A stretch of 63,998 nucleotides of DNA, the filler included, from Octopus bimaculoides (lineage: Eukaryota), in NCBI RefSeq assembly GCF_001194135.2. It is 7 parts of 7 records of this genome, joined end to end, with 100 filler letters (N's around TTAATTAATTAA, not from the genome) between each part and the next. Parts side by side here need not be neighbours in the genome. Positions count along the whole stretch, not along the records: positions 8,091 to 27,547 come from NC_068981.1; positions 27,648 to 30,184 come from NC_069009.1; positions 30,285 to 32,716 come from NW_026403213.1; positions 32,817 to 51,798 come from NC_068988.1; 3 more parts are not named here. One strand, 5' to 3'. Every line of letters begins with the position of its first letter. Position 1 is the stretch's first letter. The position numbers were made by a program, and so were the translations under genes. The notes below the pieces were generated by a model. The model was not told the DNA's origin, made no database searches, and saw only the letters and a list, made by a program, of their open reading frames with translations. Positions 24,590-36,524 of the stretch are shown here, piece after piece.

Positions 24590-25425
24590 TTGGAAAGCAA
24601 AGGAGATGATGCAGAGATCTTGAGCCCATTAACTTACTTCATAAGATGGTAAAGTTTGCTGTCATTTACATGAGCAGCAGTCTGAACAGCACGAGCATGA
24701 TCCTCTCACCAAGTGTTCTAATCTTCCTGCGAGATCGCTGCAGCAGTGATTTTACACTGCTATACAGGGAAAGTGCTTGATTTCTCTGCACTGCTGAAAG
24801 TCTTCTGTGCGGCAATATATTGTGGGTATGGTGCTTCACAACCAATAGTCGCTGAACTTCAGCATCATTTTTATTAAACCAGTCTCTGGCAGTAGTATAT
24901 CCCAATGTTTCAGCAGCACATTGATGAACCTGGTCTCGGAAATCCTCCCCTACTGTTGTATTGTCAATGCTGGACAAGCGAGTCTGAAGCTCTTTTCACA
25001 ACACAGCATCATATCTCATGTGGACATTCAGACGCCGAGGAATACCAACTGGCCCTCTTCTTTCTTTCACTCTAATCATCATCCGGAATTTTGCTCGCAC
25101 CAGACTATAGTCTGTCCAGCATTCCGATCCATGAAATGACTTAACATTACAAATGTCATAGAGGTCACGCCTGCGGATGGTTACATACTCCAGCAAATGC
25201 CTAAGTTTAGACCCTGCATGCATCCACGTTGTTGTGTGATCACCTTTGTGCATAAAATGAGTGCTTGCAATGTAAAGTCCATATTCATCGCAAAACTCCA
25301 GCAGCATGAGACCATTGCTATTCATTTTCCCTACACCAAAACGTCCTAGAGAGTTCAACGTTTGCCAGTCTGTTCCAACCCTGGCATTGAAATTCTCCAG
25401 TAAAATGACTTTATGACTTTATCAG
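24590..25425 (-). mobile_element. RTE-clade LINE fragment (APE endonuclease C-terminus and linker)
   Basis: ENFNARVG, GRFGVGKMNSNGLMLLEFC, TTWMHAGSK, ECWTDYSLVRAK; frameshifted. Confidence 0.85.
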
Positions 25426-26110
25426 AATTGGGGCTTTTCCTAAGTATGGCTCTCAGTTGTACATACATATATACATACATGCATACATACAGACATACAT
25501 ACATACATACATACAGACAGACATACATACATACATAGGCTGGTACTACTTAGTATCCGCTATCACTTGTGATGTCTATAAATTTGCTTTTACGCTGTTA
25601 AATTGCTAATAAACCACCAATATCATTCCTAGTTTTCACTTTTACCCATTTTAAAATCAGCGTATGAGTTGAACGGTTTTCTTATAAGGTGACAAGGTGA
25701 GTTGAATTTAACCCTAGGCACGGTAAGAGTCACCGACGAAAATTAAGATGATCTGCATCAAAATTCGAAATTATCGGTGATATGGCTGTGTCCGCTGGGG
25801 AGCTTGTCTCCTCTTGTCACTCATTAAGATATTGCTTCTGTGGCTATTGAGTTATTTTGACTCTTATTTGTAGCAACGCTGCTACTACTTGGCATGCTTG
25901 TCCCTTTAGTGACCCCTATAAATTTGCCTTTAGGCTGTTGAATTGCTAATAAGCCACCCATATAATTTGTACATATATATATATGTGTGTGTGTGTGTGT
26001 GCTTATAAGAGTGATAGTATGAGAAAGGAAAGGGAGAGATGGATTGATACATATTTGCATGCACACGCGCACACACACGTACATCTTTATTCTTAATTTA
26101 GTATTTATGT

Positions 26111-26147
<37 letters not shown>

Positions 26148-26371
26148 TACACACACGCACACACGCACATTATAACTGTCGAATATAGCTTCATATGACT
26201 TAAAGTTTTACTCGGTGTGACAGCAGACCCATCACATTAGAAATCGAAAGAAGAGTAATGCATTTGAGACAGACTCAAGATGGTTTCTAGATGTTGAATC
26301 CTTATTTGTAAGCTCAGGTCACGTGGTGTTGATTGTATAGAAGTAACAACCAATCTTTTCTTCATTCTTAG

Positions 26372-26480
26372 GCACACATGATCACACAGGATTTTGGCAA
26401 GGCGCTGTTACCACATCAGCGGGAAATTACAATGTTGTTTATGCTTCGACATTAGACCATTGGATTAGGTGCAACTCATG
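26372..26480 (+). other. orphan exon-like segment (109 nt)
   Basis: Acceptor TCTTTTCTTCATTCTTAG and donor ATG|GTAAGT; one open frame THDHTGFWQGAVTTSAGNYNVVYASTLDHWIRCNS. Confidence 0.35.
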
Positions 26481-27479
26481 GTAAGTTGAGGATCTATCGC
26501 TGCTTAGTTGCTCAGTGGTGTTTTAATACGTTAGTAGTAGCAGTCGTTATGTGAAAGCAAGCAAATTTGATAGTGTTAGGTTAAAATTGAGGTTAAATGA
26601 CCAACGTGGGTGGTGCTGTAGTATATACGGGTGGCAGGGATTAAATACCCTCCTATTTTTAAAAGGGGCAGCCAGATTTTGGCTGGTGTATCTAAATTGT
26701 CAGTTCAAGACGTTTGAAGTTTAATAACAAGGCTTTCTTTTGGTGGCAAAAATAAAATAATTCATTCTTCCAATAGTGTATCGGGGATACAAAGTAGGCA
26801 ATTGCAAATTCCTGGTAAGCGTGGGCATGTCAATGATACTACGCTTGATGCAGGAGAAGTCATTCTGATGGTCACGTGACTTCAGAACTCACGGAAATGG
26901 CTAAATGAATTTTCTATATCCCTTCACTTGAACCAATCATAGTGTACCTATAGCTAGCTTTAAAAATCATTGGTTGTTGTAATCGAGAAAATTTGTAATG
27001 CCAACGGAACTCGAATTTGCTCCAAACCCATTACACATCTTCCAATTTCGGATGACATCGCAGAGCATAAAATTAAACAAACAAAGGAATGAAGATGATG
27101 GTATTAAGTTTACTAATCATGTACTCTCGTTTCGATAATTCGCAGAATACGTAAATCTATTGATGTGCTGGGTTATACAAATATAAAATTACGTAAATTC
27201 ATACAACATTTAATGTAAGCTTCACCCATCCTCTTTTCAGTCTGGTAATTAAATAAAAGTACTTCAATATTGTATGGATTAGCACAATTTTCCATTTGTG
27301 TAACCCGGCATGTTAATTGATATAACAATTCCACTAATTGTGGAAGCGACCGTAATTAATTAATAAATGTAATGTCGACATCTTGAAAAAGAATAATAAA
27401 TTTGTCCTGTACAAAAGTATAGAGTAACGCATCATATTAATGTGAAATATTGCTTTTATTACAACATATGTATGTATGT

Positions 27480-27547
<68 letters not shown>

Positions 27548-27647
27548 NNNNNNNNNNNNNNNNNNNNNNNNNNNNNNNNNNNNNNNNNNNNTTAATTAAT
27601 TAANNNNNNNNNNNNNNNNNNNNNNNNNNNNNNNNNNNNNNNNNNNN

Positions 27648-28043
27648 AACTATTATACTGTACATTAGATAATGTAGTCCTAGATAGACGATGTGTGAAT
27701 ATAAGACTAGACGGTCCTAGCTGGAGCATCTTTGATCATAAGTCTACTAGATCAGTACTGACCTGGGGCTAAACAATCCTAACTATTATACTGTACATTA
27801 GATAATGTAGTCCTAGATAGACGATGTGTGAATATAAGACTCGACGGTCCTGGCTGGAGCATCTTTGATCATAAGTCTACTGGATCAGTACTGACCTGGG
27901 GCTAAACAATCCTAACTATTATACTGTACATTAGATAATGTAGTCCTAGATAGACGATGTGCGAATATAAGACTCGACGGTCCTGGCTGGAGCACCTTTG
28001 ATCATACGTCTACTGGATGAATACTGACACGAGGATAAACAAC
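27648..28043. repeat. 133-bp tandem repeat, three near-identical copies
   Basis: AACTATTATACTGTACATTAG at 27648, 27781 and 27914; abuts a gap on the left. Confidence 0.95.
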
Positions 28044-28086
28044 AACAGCAAACTCAACAACAACGAGGGCAAGTGGTCCTACTCAC

Positions 28087-28278
28087 ATGGTTTGTTTTTA
28101 TTGGGCCTTCTTCTCCTGTTCCTCCTGCGTCCACCAATGAAAACACCAGAATCTTCTTTCTCTCCTTGCATGGCTTTGTTGATGGCATTTTGAATCTTTT
28201 GTTTGATGTGGCTGGAAGTTTTAGCATTGGTGGTGCACCGGCTGGTGGCAATGTTGTTGGGATAACTGCATGGTTTCG
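28087..28278 (-). CDS. orphan exon of an unidentified gene (192 nt, symmetric)
   Basis: Acceptor CTCATCTCTCTTGTTCTACGCAG, donor CCAT|GTGAGT; two open frames, one KPCSYPNNIATSRC...GGRRRNRRRRPNKNKP; non-repetitive, GC-richer island. Confidence 0.5.
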
Positions 28279-28937
28279 CTGCGTAGAACAAGAGAGATGA
28301 GTATATAATATAAGTAGGCATCTATACACACACACACAAGTATACTCAAACACACACACGCATACATAGAGAGGGGGGAAAGAGAAAAATAGATAGATTC
28401 AGTGACCAACTAGTATTTATATATATTTTAAACGGAATGTATTTTTTCTGATGTTATATCTGTTCCTGAATGATGTGTAAAGAAATTTTGATTTAAGCAT
28501 CTTAATGAATTCTTTATACTGAAATATATATTGAAGAAGATAAATATGTTCTTTTGAATTTATACGTTTTTGCGTCGTAACTCCTTTATTATTATTAATG
28601 TTACCAAAAGGATCGATTCTTGAAGAGTCTGCATATCTTCACTGTCGTTTTTTTCTGCTATTTTGGTGATGATTTTNNNNNNNNNNNNNNNNNNNNNNNN
28701 NNNNNNNNNNNNNNNNNNNNNNNNNNNNNNNNNNNNNNNNNNNNNNNNNNNNNNNNNNNNNNNNNNNNNNNNNNNNNNNNNNNNNNNNNNNNNNNNNNNN
28801 NNNNNNNNNNNNNNNNNNNNNNNNNNNNNNNNNNNNNNNNNNNNNNNNNNNNNNNNNNNNNNNNNNNNNNNNNNNNNNNNNNNNNNNNNNNNNNNNNNNN
28901 NNNNNNAGTACTCAAATACCAGAGGTAGAGTAATATG

Positions 28938-29096
28938 CTTTATTTAAAAGCAGCAGAAATATAACAAAAGACTGTTACTCTGAGTTTCACGTTCCCGTTC
29001 ATCGGACAGTTTTGTTAGAAAAAACTGTCCGATGAACGGGAACGTGAAACTCAGAGTAACAGTCTTTTGTTATATTTCTGCTGCTTTTAAATAAAG
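28938..29096. ncRNA. perfect 76-bp inverted repeat whose arms each carry a minimal type-I hammerhead motif
   Basis: Plus arm: helix I ACTGT/ACAGT, core CCGATGA, helix II ACG-GGAA-CGT, GAAA, helix III ACTC-A-GAGT, GUA triplet (29056-29058); mirrored on the minus strand; 7-nt spacer. Confidence 0.7.
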
Positions 29097-29129
<33 letters not shown>

Positions 29130-29644
29130 ATAAATACTTCGTTTTCGTACTTGGTTTGCAAAATTCTTTATGAGAATTCGTGTGTTGAAGCATATTTTGT
29201 TGTGTCTGGGGAAAATAAGTCAATGAGTAGAAATCGAACAATCGAACTGGTTAGTGTGTTAATTCATAAGGTATTAAAACAGATTGACTCTCTCCAGACA
29301 CAACAATATATATATATATATGTATATATATCTTACCTGGTAGTTCTATGTAGCGACCTTGCCTTTCTTTCATACTATGAGCAGGGAATATATCTGGAAG
29401 AATAAAGAAAATAGAGTGTGAGTGGAAGCGTTATCTCGAGTGTAGGTGTGAGTGTACAAGGAATTTCAGGGATTTTGGCTTGAGTGAGAGGAAACCCTTG
29501 AGTGTGACTATGAGTGTGAGTGCGAGAGTGATTTCATGAACATAGATGTGACTGTGATTTCTTGAGTATAGGTATGAAGGTGGGCGTGGTTCTTGAGTGT
29601 AGGTGGGCGTAGTTCTTGAGTGTAGGTGTGATTTTTTGAGTCAC

Positions 29645-29825
29645 CTGGTTCCGAGTGCAACCCCACTGCATGGCACTTTCTATTGTAGCCTCTAGCCGAC
29701 AAAAGCCTTGTGAGTGGATTTCATAGATGGAAACTGAAAGAAGCCCGTCATATATATAAAATGAGATGTCAGTGATTTTTTTCATTTTTTGCCTAATTCA
29801 GACGATAATTTATTTACCGCACCCT

Positions 29826-29828
<3 letters not shown>
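29645..29828 (+). mobile_element. SINE A 5' fragment followed by maT right terminus
   Basis: SINE body to about 29750; ATGAGATGTCAGTG...GCACCCTG-TA (29761-29828) matches the end of the element at 19545-20396. Confidence 0.75.
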
Positions 29829-29873
<45 letters not shown>

Positions 29874-29930
29874 GTACACGTTTTTCTCTCTCCATTTTTT
29901 CCTCTCCCCATCTATTTTCTGTTCTCATTC

Positions 29931-30183
29931 CTTTCCGTAGAAGATCTTAGACTTGAAACGTTAACGACTTCTTCCATTTTTCCTGAGCGTCAAACACCCT
30001 GTTTGCTGTTCCCTTACCTGTATACAGATATACATACCTGTATATATGTATATATATGGGAGAATTTACGAAAAAAACAGCAGACGAAGACAGGTGGTGT
30101 AAACAACAAATGTATGTATTAGTTTAACGCTCGGGAATAGAGAAAGTCTTTGACGTTTCGAGCCTATGCTCTTCAACTGAAAG
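29931..30183. ncRNA. two decayed hammerhead-like motifs in converging orientation
   Basis: Minus copy 30148-30183: CTTT-CAGTTGA-A-GAGC ATAG GCTC-GAAA-CGTC-AAAG; plus copy from 29931 is more decayed; downstream sequences (CCTGAGCGT/CCCGAGCGT) are homologous. Confidence 0.4.
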
Positions 30184-30284
30184 GNNNNNNNNNNNNNNNN
30201 NNNNNNNNNNNNNNNNNNNNNNNNNNNNTTAATTAATTAANNNNNNNNNNNNNNNNNNNNNNNNNNNNNNNNNNNNNNNNNNNN

Positions 30285-32098
30285 CCGTTCTGGCGCAGTT
30301 CGGTCTGGGTCTTGGTTTTCTCAGGTGGATCATCAAGATTTACGACAACATCAACTCGGTAGTTCGGGTGAATGGCTTCGATAAGAAGCCATTCAACATC
30401 AAACGCTCAGTTCGTCAAGGGTATCCGCTATCCTCGATTTTGTATGTGATGGCCCTTGAGCCATTGCTGCGAAAATTGAGCGGCATCCCCAGACAGCCAG
30501 GTTGTGGAAAATCGGTTTCTGCTTACGTGGATGACATCACTATCATCGTAACCGAAATGGACCACCTACGGTTAGTAGGCAAGGCGATAGAGGTTTACGA
30601 GACGGTGGCAAAAGCAAAAGTTAATCGTAAAAAGTCGGTCGGCTTGCAGCTCGGCACCTGGAGAGGCAAGTCGATGCCTCCTGATAGCGTCGTGGGACGT
30701 TGGACGGAGGGCCCGATTAAGTTGCTAGGAGTTTGGTTTGGACCAGACCTCCAAATAGAGAAGAACTGGGTCGAGGTATCGAGCAGAGTGACCCACATAG
30801 TCAAGACCTGGTCTTGGCGGTGGCTATCCCTGAAAGGGAGGGCGGAGGTAGCCAATGTGTTCATCGCATCGGTCATCACCTACCGCCTAACCGTCGTTCC
30901 TTGCCCCGATTCGTGGTTAATCAAGCTGGAAAGACAGCTCTTCTGCTTTTTGTGGAAGAGCTGGAGACCGTTTGTGAAACGCTCTATTTGCTGCCAACAA
31001 CCGTTAAAGGGTGGACTTGGGATGCCTTAGCCGTTGATGCACAAACATGCGCTGAGGTTGAGGCATCTTTCGCTCTACCTGGATGGTGAATGGGTGTGGT
31101 CTCCGCTGGTGAAACAGATGTTTCCCAAGTTCACTAGTTTCGGTGGATTGAAAACCTGGTTGAATCAAAGATTGAAGTTGGGTACATGATATACGGAGTG
31201 TCGCAAAGCACTCCTGCTATTCGGTCGCTTGTGCAATGCCTGCGGTGGGGGTTCCACAGCATTCTTCTATAGAGGGCTTGTAGAGGCGAAATGTGATGAC
31301 CCCTTAGGGGAAACCCTAGGTCTCGACGATAATCAGCTGGCCAGTCTATTCCGACGTNNNNNNNNNNNNNNNNNNNNNNNNNNNNNNNNNNNNNNNNNNN
31401 NNNNNNNNNNNNNNNNNNNNNNNNNNNNNNNNNNNNNNNNNNNNNNNNNNNNNNNNNNNNNNNNNNNNNNNNNNNNNNNNNNNNNNNNNNNNNNNNNNNN
31501 NNNNNNNNNNNNNNNNNNNNNNNNNNNNNNNNNNNNNNNNNNNNAACAACTGTTGTCAGGTACTAGAAGAGTACAGCTATCGACTGAATCAATTGTAAAA
31601 ATTGACCCGCCGGATTTCCTCTCGAAAGAAGGTAAGATTTGTTTTCTCACTGTGGTAGCAATTGCGAGACAGGTTATTTGGAAAACGAGGATGAAAGGTA
31701 TAAAGTCAGGCATTTTCATATCTAGCTCTGCACTGGTGAATTATTTCACCTTCCACCTCAAAAGAAAAGTAGAGCTAGAGAGGAAATGCCTGACTACGAA
31801 AATGTTTGAGAGTCGATGGAAGAGTGTAGTACGAAAGTTGCGAATGAATGTAACCACATGAATGAGACGAAGGACCCATCTCAGTTATCAGTGGCGAGGC
31901 GGGGCACGTGGGGTCCGCGCTAAACCCGCCTTACCACTCCATCCGTAATGTCTTCCGGTCTGTCTCATCATTCGATTTTATTCTGATTTCATTGTCCAAA
32001 ATTTTTAAATGCATGTTTCTGTAAATTCATCCGTTTCATCTGACCCCAAATCAGGTTGTATCGTCCCCTCTATGTCGCCCCTTGTGGATAATAAAAAA
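30285..32098 (+). mobile_element. L1/Tx1-clade LINE, RT domain to 3' end, pseudogenised
   Basis: SVRQGYPLS, AYVDDITI, KLLGVWFG, LSLKGRAEVAN, GGLGMP*; in-frame stops; AATAAA near 32089. Confidence 0.92.
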
Positions 32099-32472
32099 TT
32101 AGAAATATATGCAGTGGATGGAACATTTAAATATTGGATGTGATTCATAGGATTTACCAATATTATATTATATATTTAATTATTGTGAAATAACACAATA
32201 AATCTAACAAGATGGACTCTACTATAATAGTGTACTGTGATTCTCAAATATTCTGAAAAATATACCAACATCAAAAACTATATATCATATAAAATATCTA
32301 CAAAGGAAAAATATGAATTTTCCAAATTATATGAGGGATTGGATTTACAAATTCTCAAAGGACAATATATATTTTTAATATTCTTAATATTTTTTAATAT
32401 TTTAATTAATATCATCCTATAGCATATTTTATTATGTATACCATTCGTTTTCACATATATAATAATAACTTC

Positions 32473-32569
32473 ATACGTCTCTGAAGAGTGGAATTATTGC
32501 CAATATGCTTGTCTATAGTAGATTACATTATAAAGGCAATAATATCCGTGAAACGATCGTAAGATGCAT
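32473..32569 (+). ncRNA. minimal type-I hammerhead ribozyme with long helix II
   Basis: Helix I CGTCT/AGATG, intact CTGAAGA, 14-bp helix II (32488-32501 with 32535-32549, one bulge), GAAA, perfect palindrome ACGATCGT, GUA triplet (32559-32561). Confidence 0.8.
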
Positions 32570-32816
32570 TTTAGACTTTCATAATATTTTAATCGAATTA
32601 TATTTATACTCACTTACGCATATATTTTTATATACAGTTATGTACGCATATATTTTTATATACATTTATATTTTATATACATTTATATTTTGTATATCTT
32701 TAATTTTAATTTAATTNNNNNNNNNNNNNNNNNNNNNNNNNNNNNNNNNNNNNNNNNNNNTTAATTAATTAANNNNNNNNNNNNNNNNNNNNNNNNNNNN
32801 NNNNNNNNNNNNNNNN

Positions 32817-33057
32817 TAATCCGGAAATTTATGTTGGAGCGAAAGTTGATATAGCATAGATAGCAGAGGTACATATATTCCATATTGCGATGGATTTTTG
32901 CTTGTTTATTTGAAGAATGGCCAAGTCAAGTGAAAAGTGAGCGGTAATTAGGTCAAGTCATGAAGACAGAATGTGAAAGGGGATAGAGGAGAGATAGAGG
33001 TGGAGGATGGTAGCGATATCAACTTTCGCTCGAACATAAATTTCCGGATTATCCCTA
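32817..33057. mobile_element. MITE with 36-bp TIRs (hAT-like CCCTA end)
   Basis: TAATCCGGAAATTTATGTTGGAGCGAAAGTTGATAT and its reverse complement with one mismatch; left terminus lies in a gap. Confidence 0.8.
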
Positions 33058-33342
33058 CAAGGATTACTTTGCACGGATTTCTACACGGATATTTACCATT
33101 GGAATGAAACTACACTTCAAGTACTGTTCTCTCTTTTTTCAGCACATCACACTCTTTACCACTTCATACTAAAAATATCCGCCTATGGATATAATAATAG
33201 ATTACTTTATTTTTTCTGTCTCCGATGAAGGGAAGTACTGGATCTTCCCAGAAATAGCTGTAAGACTCTATCCATAAAATACTTTTCCAACCTTACCTTT
33301 GCTCTCTTTATCTTTTTGTTTTTATATATATATATACACATG

Positions 33343-33382
<40 letters not shown>

Positions 33383-33702
33383 ATTATTGTAGGATCCTAT
33401 AGAATTGAGATATTTTTATAAGGATATCAAACCGGAGTCAAGAACATACTCTGCTATGCCTGTGCCATGAGTAAAGCACCTGCGTTGGTGCCACATGAAA
33501 AAATCACTGGCACTGGTGCCATGTAAAAGGCAACCAGTACACACTGTAAAGTGGTTGGTGTTAGGAAGAGCATGTAGCCATAGAAACCATACAATTGGAG
33601 CCTGGTGCAGACAATTGGAGGCTGGTGCAATTCCTAACTCTCCAACACATGCCAGCAACTCCTAACTCTCCAACACATGCCAGCATGGAAAATGGATATT
33701 AA

Positions 33703-33831
33703 ATGATGATGATGACAATGATGACGACGACGACGACGACGACGACGACACCGACGATGATGATGATGACAATGACGACGATGACGACGACGACGACGAC
33801 GATGATGATGATTATAATGATGACAATGGCA

Positions 33832-33869
<38 letters not shown>

Positions 33870-33978
33870 GATGACAATCATGATGCCGCCACCGATGATG
33901 ATGACAGTGATGACGGCGACGAAGACAATGATGATGATGACAATGAGGAGGAGGATGACGATGACGACGACAATGATG
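33703..33978. repeat. (GAT/GAC)n compound microsatellite
   Basis: Direct reading; adjoins a SINE A 5' half on the minus strand (33979-34130). Confidence 0.95.
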
Positions 33979-35280
33979 ACTTCTTTCAGTTTCTCTCTAC
34001 CAAATTGACTCACAAGACTTTGGTCGATCTGTGAATATAATAGAAGACACTTTCCCAAGGTACCACATAGTGGAACTGAACCTGGAACCATGTTGTTAGG
34101 AAGAAAGCTTCTTATGACACAGCCATGCCTACACCTATATTTTAAAGCATCTTTGGAAAAACTGGCCCTTATGAGTTAATATGACTCAAGAAGGTAATTT
34201 TACCTTTTTAACTTTAAATTTTCTAACCCATGCCAGCATAGAAAATGGACGTAAAAACTTGATGATGATGATGATGATGGGATCCAATTCAAAGAGTTAT
34301 AATCCACTTGACTGCTATCCAGGTAATGTAGTCTATAGATTAAAAGGACACTAGGATGGATGCAACGTATGAAGTATCTGGAATTATTTTGTACCATGGG
34401 GAACCTCACGGCAAGAAACTGCCCCACTTCAAATTCTAAGAGACCACCATATATAAGTGTGGCCAGTCCCTGACATGTGCTGTTACCAAAGTTGTACAAG
34501 GGAGATAACTCCCTACCTATGAAGAACCATAGACCATTCCAGAATATCACAATAAAGACCTTAGAATTAGATGTTGTATATTAAATAATCAGAAGAAGTT
34601 TTGCACAGGCTGGTATTTATAGGGTTAAAGTTTCTAGCTTTGATACAAGAATAATTACAAGAACAGAACTTTAACAATCAATCAATAAATTGTTCAATCA
34701 ATCACTTGGGATAAACTGGACAATATAGGTAGTAGCACCTAATTGTTTTGGTAGTTGGAGGTACATTAGCTATGGGCAATGATAGTAGTGCTGCTGAACA
34801 ATGCTTTGACCTAACTGAAGAGCAAGCAAGAGTTCAAGAAAGGCTAGAATGGAATTGCCAGAATTACCGCCATGTGTGTATGCATGTGTGTGTGTGTGTG
34901 TTTGTGTGTGTGTATGAATGTGTGGCACAAATGAATCCTAAGACCTAATGTATGGCAATATTACTGTGCTGAAAGTAATAATTGTATTGGTTTTACTCTA
35001 AGATATATATTGAATGGCTTCAAAGGATTTTGTGTAAGTAGTGAGGCCAAGTCTGTTCATGGTTGGATTACTTTAGGATTTCATCATATTTTCCAATTAA
35101 GTACTCTTTAGTATCTAGAGCTATGTGCATATTTCATCTATAGTCAGAGATTAATCAAGAATTTTTGTTAGAAAATAAAAAGACAAAAACAAAAATAAAC
35201 AAAAATTTCTCAGCTGATCGCAGACATATACACAAAGTACATGCACCTACATACATAAACGATGACTGCATCACATTTTG

Positions 35281-35281
<1 letters not shown>

Positions 35282-35333
<52 letters not shown>

Positions 35334-35910
35334 CACACACGCGCACACACACACACACACAGAGATCATCTCACAACACATACACACACATATGCACATA
35401 TACATATACACATACATACACATATATGCATACACACACACACACATACACACACACATACACACACATATAAGCACATAGATATACACACACATATACA
35501 TACAAACATATATACACACATGGATGCACCACATACATGTGACTCTCTTTATATATGTATAACACACACACACAACATACACAGCATGCATACACACATG
35601 TATACACCACGCAGATACACTTCCAGACATACAAATATCACTACATGCTACTACCACACACACATATATACACACACATACACATACACACACACCACAT
35701 CACTCACATGCACACCACCTCTCATACATACATGCTCATACACACAGAGAATGTCACACCGTCACACATCACATACACATAACATCACACTATCACACAC
35801 ATATCACACCACACTGCTACATCACATACACAACAGGCGCATGCACAGAAATAAATGCACACATACACACACACGCACACTCACAACACCATACACCACA
35901 CATACCATAC
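35282..35910. repeat. (CA)n-derived low-complexity tract
   Basis: Direct reading. Confidence 0.95.
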
Positions 35911-36229
35911 CATTGGCAGCGTTATTGATTTTTCTCACGAATTCTCTGTGTTGAGATGTGAAATATCTTTACTTACTCTCAAGGAATGGAGGCAATATCA
36001 AACACTGACCAATTTAGTATAACATAAGACTGGACCATGACAGCCTTTTCTACATCATGGTCTCACCTCATTAGTTCCTATCTAGCCATAAATCTTAATG
36101 ACATCCAGACAGTGTTTGATTATATTAGCTATTTCTTCCTATCTTGTTGCAAATGTCAAATATGATTATCAAACTTCAGGATCTCTTTCATTATCTTGAG
36201 ATAATCTGCTAAAAGTAACAGGCCTTTTA

Positions 36230-36440
36230 TCCACTGGCAGGGTTTTCTAGTTTTGGTACATAGCCTGAAATTTGGAGCAGGAGGTTAGTAGATTAAATTG
36301 ATCCAAGTATTTGCCTGGTACTTTATTTTATCAACCCTGGTAGTAAGAAAAGCAAAGCTGATCATGGCAGAGTTTGAATTCAGAATGTAAAGAGCTAAAA
36401 CAAAATTACAAGACATTTTCTCTGACACTCAAATGATTCT
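36230..36440 (-). mobile_element. SINE family B, diverged
   Basis: Reverse-complement B-box region GAGTTTGAATTCAGAATGTAAAG and GGTACTTTATTTATCAACCC. Confidence 0.65.
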
Positions 36441-36524
36441 TATAATCCATTCTTCTTGAAAGTGTGTATATAATGGCTCACAGTTTTAGCTTCTTTTTAT
36501 GGATGAATATTGATATATATTGAG

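Noticed and set aside
26863-26886. GTCACGTGAC E-box/CLEAR-like palindrome with complementary flanks
   Set aside because: Single short motif with no linked gene start; cannot be distinguished from chance or repeat content
34200-34550. 116-aa minus-strand ORF in unique-looking sequence
   Set aside because: No recognisable domain and no convincing acceptor/donor pair enclosing the frame
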